A stretch of 26,546 bases of DNA from a virus (taxonomy: Duplodnaviria; Caudoviricetes): IMG/VR virus record IMGVR_UViG_3300028588_000078, positions 1 through 26,546 of that record; one strand, given 5' to 3'. Position numbers and translations under genes: made by a program. This document shows, piece by piece, positions 23,330 to 26,546 of the stretch (position 1 is the first letter of the stretch; every line of letters starts with the position of its first letter). The notes beneath the pieces were generated by a model. It was not told where the DNA came from. It ran no database searches and worked only from the letters and a program-made list of their open reading frames with translations.

Positions 23330-23524
23330 ATGCAAAATCGACGAACAGCGCAGTCCTGGGCCATCGCCGGAGGAGGGCTGGTCGTCATTGGGCTTGTTTG
23401 GATCGTCGTCAACGTCAGCCAGCAGACACCGGAGCTTCCCGTATTCGGGATGCTGCTCTTTGGTGCGGGACTCGTCTGCGGACTAGTCGCCCTTGTTGTC
23501 GACGGGATCGGGCGGCGGCGCTAG
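23330..23524 (+). CDS. Small 2-TM membrane protein, antisense moron
   Basis: Two TM segments; TACATT six nt before ATG. Confidence 0.75.
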   Translation: MQNRRTAQSWAIAGGGLVVIGLVWIVVNVSQQTPELPVFGMLLFGAGLVCGLVALVVDGIGRRR

Positions 23525-23902
23525 CCGGGCAGACCACATCAGCGACGACAAGTCCTGGTGCGCGTAGTCGGTCTCATACTTTTTCCTCGTCGTCGCCACG
23601 GCCTCCGCAGCGAAATCGGTCGTCGCCTCAACGATGAACTTCCCGCGATTGGCAGGATCCAACGCTTGGTCCATCGGCACCCCATGCGGCCCAACGTTCC
23701 GCCGGCGTGACGCCAACAGCAGAGACACTTCCTCAACAGGCCAACGCGACTCAGTCCACGAAACCGACTCGCTCACGCGCCCATCAGCGTCCGTGTGACG
23801 CGTAAAAGTGCGTGGCGTCCACCCGTACAACTCACGAACGGACACCCCAAGCTCACGGGCTAGCTGGGCTTCTGCCCCAAGCCGCCCTTCGATGCTTTTT
23901 TT
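23483..23902 (-). CDS. Tail assembly chaperone, -1 frameshift extension (GT)
   Basis: The -1 frame is open from the A7 run: ...KKSIEGRLGAEAQLARELGVSVRELYGW. Confidence 0.8.
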   Translation of the reverse strand, partial: KKSIEGRLGAEAQLARELGVSVRELYGWTPRTFTRHTDADGRVSESVSWTESRWPVEEVSLLLASRRRNVGPHGVPMDQALDPANRGKFIVEATTDFAAEAVATTRKKYETDYAHQDLSSLMWSARLAPPPDPVDNKGD

Positions 23903-24282
23903 GCCTCGACAACACGCACCTCAGGGTCGTACTCGTTCAACTGCCAGATCGCCGAATGAATGAGCTTGATGTTGTGACCCGCAAGCTTCTTAAACAGCTC
24001 GCCCCACTTCGCATCCTCATACTCGACCTCATCGTCGCCATCCAGAACCCGACCACTGATCGGTGCCGCAATCCGAGACGCAGCCTGGAAGTTGTACCCA
24101 TACCGCCGATCAATCGCCGACCCCAGACGGGCAGGACTCATCGCCGTAATCTCAGCCCACCGCTCGCCATCAATCCGGTAGAACCGGAGAGGCACATGCT
24201 TGCCACCCAACTCGACATCAACGTCAAGATGCGGCACAACTTCCGCAGCAGCAGCCTCAAGGGCCTCATCAAGCAAAGACAT
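23860..24282 (-). CDS. Tail assembly chaperone (G)
   Basis: Between major tail and tape measure; RBS GGGAGG; slippery A AAA AAA. Confidence 0.88.
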   Translation of the reverse strand: MSLLDEALEAAAAEVVPHLDVDVELGGKHVPLRFYRIDGERWAEITAMSPARLGSAIDRRYGYNFQAASRIAAPISGRVLDGDDEVEYEDAKWGELFKKLAGHNIKLIHSAIWQLNEYDPEVRVVEAKKASKGGLGQKPS

Positions 24283-24323
24283 TCGTATTCCTCCCACGGA
24301 ACCCACGGATAGAAGAGTTGGAA

Positions 24324-24363
24324 CCGGCCAGGACGCTCCGTGGGCGTGGTACGCCCTGGCCGG
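24324..24363. other. Intergenic stem-loop after the major tail gene
   Basis: CCGGCCAGG/CCTGGCCGG 9-bp stem. Confidence 0.55.
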
Positions 24364-24376
24364 GGTCTAGAACTGG

Positions 24377-24886
24377 TTAGGCAGACGCGACAATCTCAAC
24401 GTCGCGATGCACCTTCCCAGTGATGTTCAGTGCCTGCGTACGAGTCAGCTCCTGGTTGGTCACCGGAGCATTCTTGAGCGACACCGACGCCTGGATAGGA
24501 ATCACGTCAACAAGCTGATCCACAGCAGGGGCAACCTCGTTAGCGACAGCCCACCGCTCCACGATGTAACCCCGCGTGCCCTTAGGCAGCGCCAGGCGCA
24601 CAACGTCGCCCTCAGTGTTCGTGTACGCGTACGTGATCGACAGGTCATCGACCTCGGTGCCGTCGTACTGCAACTGCGAAGGCAGGGTCAGACGGTTGGC
24701 GGTGATCTTGTTGATCGTCACCGTGTGCGCATAACCGTCACCAGTGATCGAGTAAGTCAGCTTCACGACACCGGAAGCAGTCAGCTCCGACACCTTGGGC
24801 TTAGACGGATCTGCAATCGTCGGAACGAACAGGACAAGCCCATTACCATCGGACGGAGTGCCATCGGGAACTTCTTCAAGAGCCAT
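24377..24886 (-). CDS. Major tail (tube) protein
   Basis: VPTIADPSKPKVSELTA, GYIVERW, VDVIP; synteny. Confidence 0.9.
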   Translation of the reverse strand: MALEEVPDGTPSDGNGLVLFVPTIADPSKPKVSELTASGVVKLTYSITGDGYAHTVTINKITANRLTLPSQLQYDGTEVDDLSITYAYTNTEGDVVRLALPKGTRGYIVERWAVANEVAPAVDQLVDVIPIQASVSLKNAPVTNQELTRTQALNITGKVHRDVEIVASA

Positions 24887-25096
24887 CTAGCTCTCCTCCT
24901 TCTTGGGGGTTTTGCCCACGGACTTGCTGCCAGAAGCGGACGCTCGAGCAGTGGTCTGGATGACAGCGGGAGACTTCTCAACCGGCGTCTCGTCGATCAC
25001 CTTGTAGTCGCCAGGGTGCGAAGCAACCCAAGCGGCCGGTGCGAAAAACTCAGCGTCAGGGCCATCAGCCGACTTGACGCGCAGGAAACTAGTCAT
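24887..25096 (-). CDS. Hypothetical protein upstream of the major tail gene
   Basis: RBS AAGGAG; abuts the major tail start. Confidence 0.75.
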   Translation of the reverse strand: MTSFLRVKSADGPDAEFFAPAAWVASHPGDYKVIDETPVEKSPAVIQTTARASASGSKSVGKTPKKEES

Positions 25097-25113
25097 TGCT
25101 GCTCCTTAAATGC

Positions 25114-25134
25114 AGAAACCCCGCCGAAGCGGGG
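25114..25134 (-). terminator. Intrinsic terminator-like hairpin
   Basis: CCCCGC-TTCG-GCGGGG-TTTCT. Confidence 0.65.
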
Positions 25135-25149
25135 CGGTGAACAAAGGGG

Positions 25150-25548
25150 TCAGTAGGGGGTACTCGTCACGTCAAACTCATCAACGCAGTAGTAGAGCGG
25201 AGGCGACACATCCGTGTCGTACTGAACAGGCTGAGACGATGCATGACGCACCCGACGACACCTACGACCCTCAACAGTCGGCGTCCAATCGAGCAGCTTC
25301 GCGAACACCCGGTCAGCTTCGATCTGCGCCTTGTCCGGAGACTCACTCACCGAATGGATGACAAACGTCTGAGTCGACGCCCACTGCCCGCCCGTGAAAC
25401 GCTCCTGCGACCGTTGACCCGAGTCGGAGAACACAGTCACGTAACGAGTCGGGCGGTTCGTAACCACGCCCTCGAAGACGCGATCCTTCAACGCAGAATC
25501 CTCACGCAGACGCGCAAGGACTGCGTTCTTGACTGCGCGCATACTCAT
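25150..25548 (-). CDS. Tail terminator (DUF3168-like)
   Basis: Size, synteny, VFEG...P..YV motif. Confidence 0.8.
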   Translation of the reverse strand: MSMRAVKNAVLARLREDSALKDRVFEGVVTNRPTRYVTVFSDSGQRSQERFTGGQWASTQTFVIHSVSESPDKAQIEADRVFAKLLDWTPTVEGRRCRRVRHASSQPVQYDTDVSPPLYYCVDEFDVTSTPY

Positions 25549-25946
25549 AGGCCCGCCGCCTTCTGTGCGTCCTCGAGAGCCTTCGCCAAACCGTCCACGA
25601 AGTCCTCCTGCGTCTCCTGCAACGCTGCACGGCCATAACCGCGCGGCGACGTAGCCAACGAACCAAACTCAGTCACGAAGACCAGCGACCCCTGACCACC
25701 AAGACGCGGGGCGATTTCCGCCGTAATCGTGCTGCCGCGGATCGCATAGCCGCCCTTGAGTTCGTAGGCGATTGAGGCCGCGGCTCGGGGGAAGCTCTCC
25801 GACGATTGCAACTTGCCTCGCCAAGCGTCTTTGACGTTGCGCGCCGCCACCGTCACGGCTTTGCGGACGAACTCGCCTGCACCCTTGGGTACTTCGCCAA
25901 GGTCTGCGGCAAGCTGATCCAGTGCCGAAAAGTCGAAGTCCGGCAT
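25545..25946 (-). CDS. HK97 gp10-like tail completion protein
   Basis: LDQLAADL...EFGS...PRGYGRAAL. Confidence 0.8.
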   Translation of the reverse strand: MPDFDFSALDQLAADLGEVPKGAGEFVRKAVTVAARNVKDAWRGKLQSSESFPRAAASIAYELKGGYAIRGSTITAEIAPRLGGQGSLVFVTEFGSLATSPRGYGRAALQETQEDFVDGLAKALEDAQKAAGL

Positions 25947-26344
25947 CAGGTCGTAACCTCCACCGGGAAACGCCGCGCCGTCGTGTAAGACGACACAAAC
26001 GGCCCCTTAATACGAGCAGTCACCCCAACAAGTCCAGGGTCTGTGAGCGACGCCGTGATGCGCACCTGCATGTCCTTCCGGACAGCGGTCGACGTGAGAA
26101 CAGGCAGCTTGAGGACAGCATCTTGCTCGACCAGAAGTTGACCGCCGGCATCAATCTCACCCACCTGCGTATCGCTAGCCTTGAACCGGCAGGCGCCCGT
26201 GTATACAGCCGTGAAGACAGGCTCATACTCGCCTGTCTCTTCGTTCAGGACATCGCCCGGAGACAGCGTGCCAACCTCACATGCATCCGTCATCTGCCGT
26301 TCCTCGAAGGCGCGGCCCTGATAGATGACCGATTCGGCGCTCAC
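25946..26344 (-). CDS. Head-to-tail stopper (DUF6093-like)
   Basis: GRAFEERQMTDAC...VYTGACRF...TARRFPVE. Confidence 0.85.
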   Translation of the reverse strand: MSAESVIYQGRAFEERQMTDACEVGTLSPGDVLNEETGEYEPVFTAVYTGACRFKASDTQVGEIDAGGQLLVEQDAVLKLPVLTSTAVRKDMQVRITASLTDPGLVGVTARIKGPFVSSYTTARRFPVEVTT

Positions 26345-26546
26345 GACGGCACAATCGTGAAAGACGTGCGGCGTCGACGTGGGCCAGCCGGGAGCATGTT
26401 CAGCTCTTCTGCTGATACGTACAGCGCACCTGTCGACTGTGCGGAATCACGCGAGTACGAGTAGTCGTCGCCCGATTCCTGATACTTGCCTTCAGGGTTG
26501 TTGATGACGCGCATTACCATCGCGCAGAGAACCTGCACCACGGCTA
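26341..26546 (-). CDS. Head-to-tail connector/adaptor (Gp19/Gp15/Gp42-like), 5'-truncated
   Basis: MVMRVINNPEGKYQESGDDYSYSRD...GALYVSAEEL. Confidence 0.9.
   Translation of the reverse strand, partial: AVVQVLCAMVMRVINNPEGKYQESGDDYSYSRDSAQSTGALYVSAEELNMLPAGPRRRRTSFTIVPS

Overview
About 26.5 kb of a temperate, high-GC actinobacterial siphophage. A Microbacteriaceae-like host is inferred from gene content (no LysB). The sequence appears to be in excised/attP configuration. Left to right: (1) a leftward early operon of tiny, tightly overlapping ORFs with an excisionase-like HTH and a Cro-like gene; (2) an immunity switch (XRE repressor plus ImmA/IrrE-type metallopeptidase); (3) a leftward array of small mosaic genes; (4) a tyrosine integrase, a stand-alone RelA/SpoT-type HD hydrolase and attP (3' half of tRNA-Thr(CGT) plus terminator); (5) a rightward array of small mosaic genes headed by an RHH regulator; (6) an accessory pair, acyltransferase-3 plus GH88 hydrolase; (7) on the minus strand, the lysis cassette and tail/head-tail module (BNR-4-like tailspike, hub, Dit, tape measure, frameshifted chaperones, major tail, connectors) with two antisense membrane morons. 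The most unusual signal is that the two small-gene arrays on either side of int/attP are partial mirror images. They share 29- and 36-bp perfect inverted repeats, a 16-21 bp gene-junction repeat (GAAGGCGGGGCTGTGAGCGAG) that brackets single ORFs like cassettes, and shuffled protein modules. Other notable features are an anticodon-less tRNA-like minihelix, pervasive leaderless promoters, an ImmA gene without a canonical start, and a possible glycan-remodelling trio. All calls were made by eye from motifs and synteny; no database search was run.
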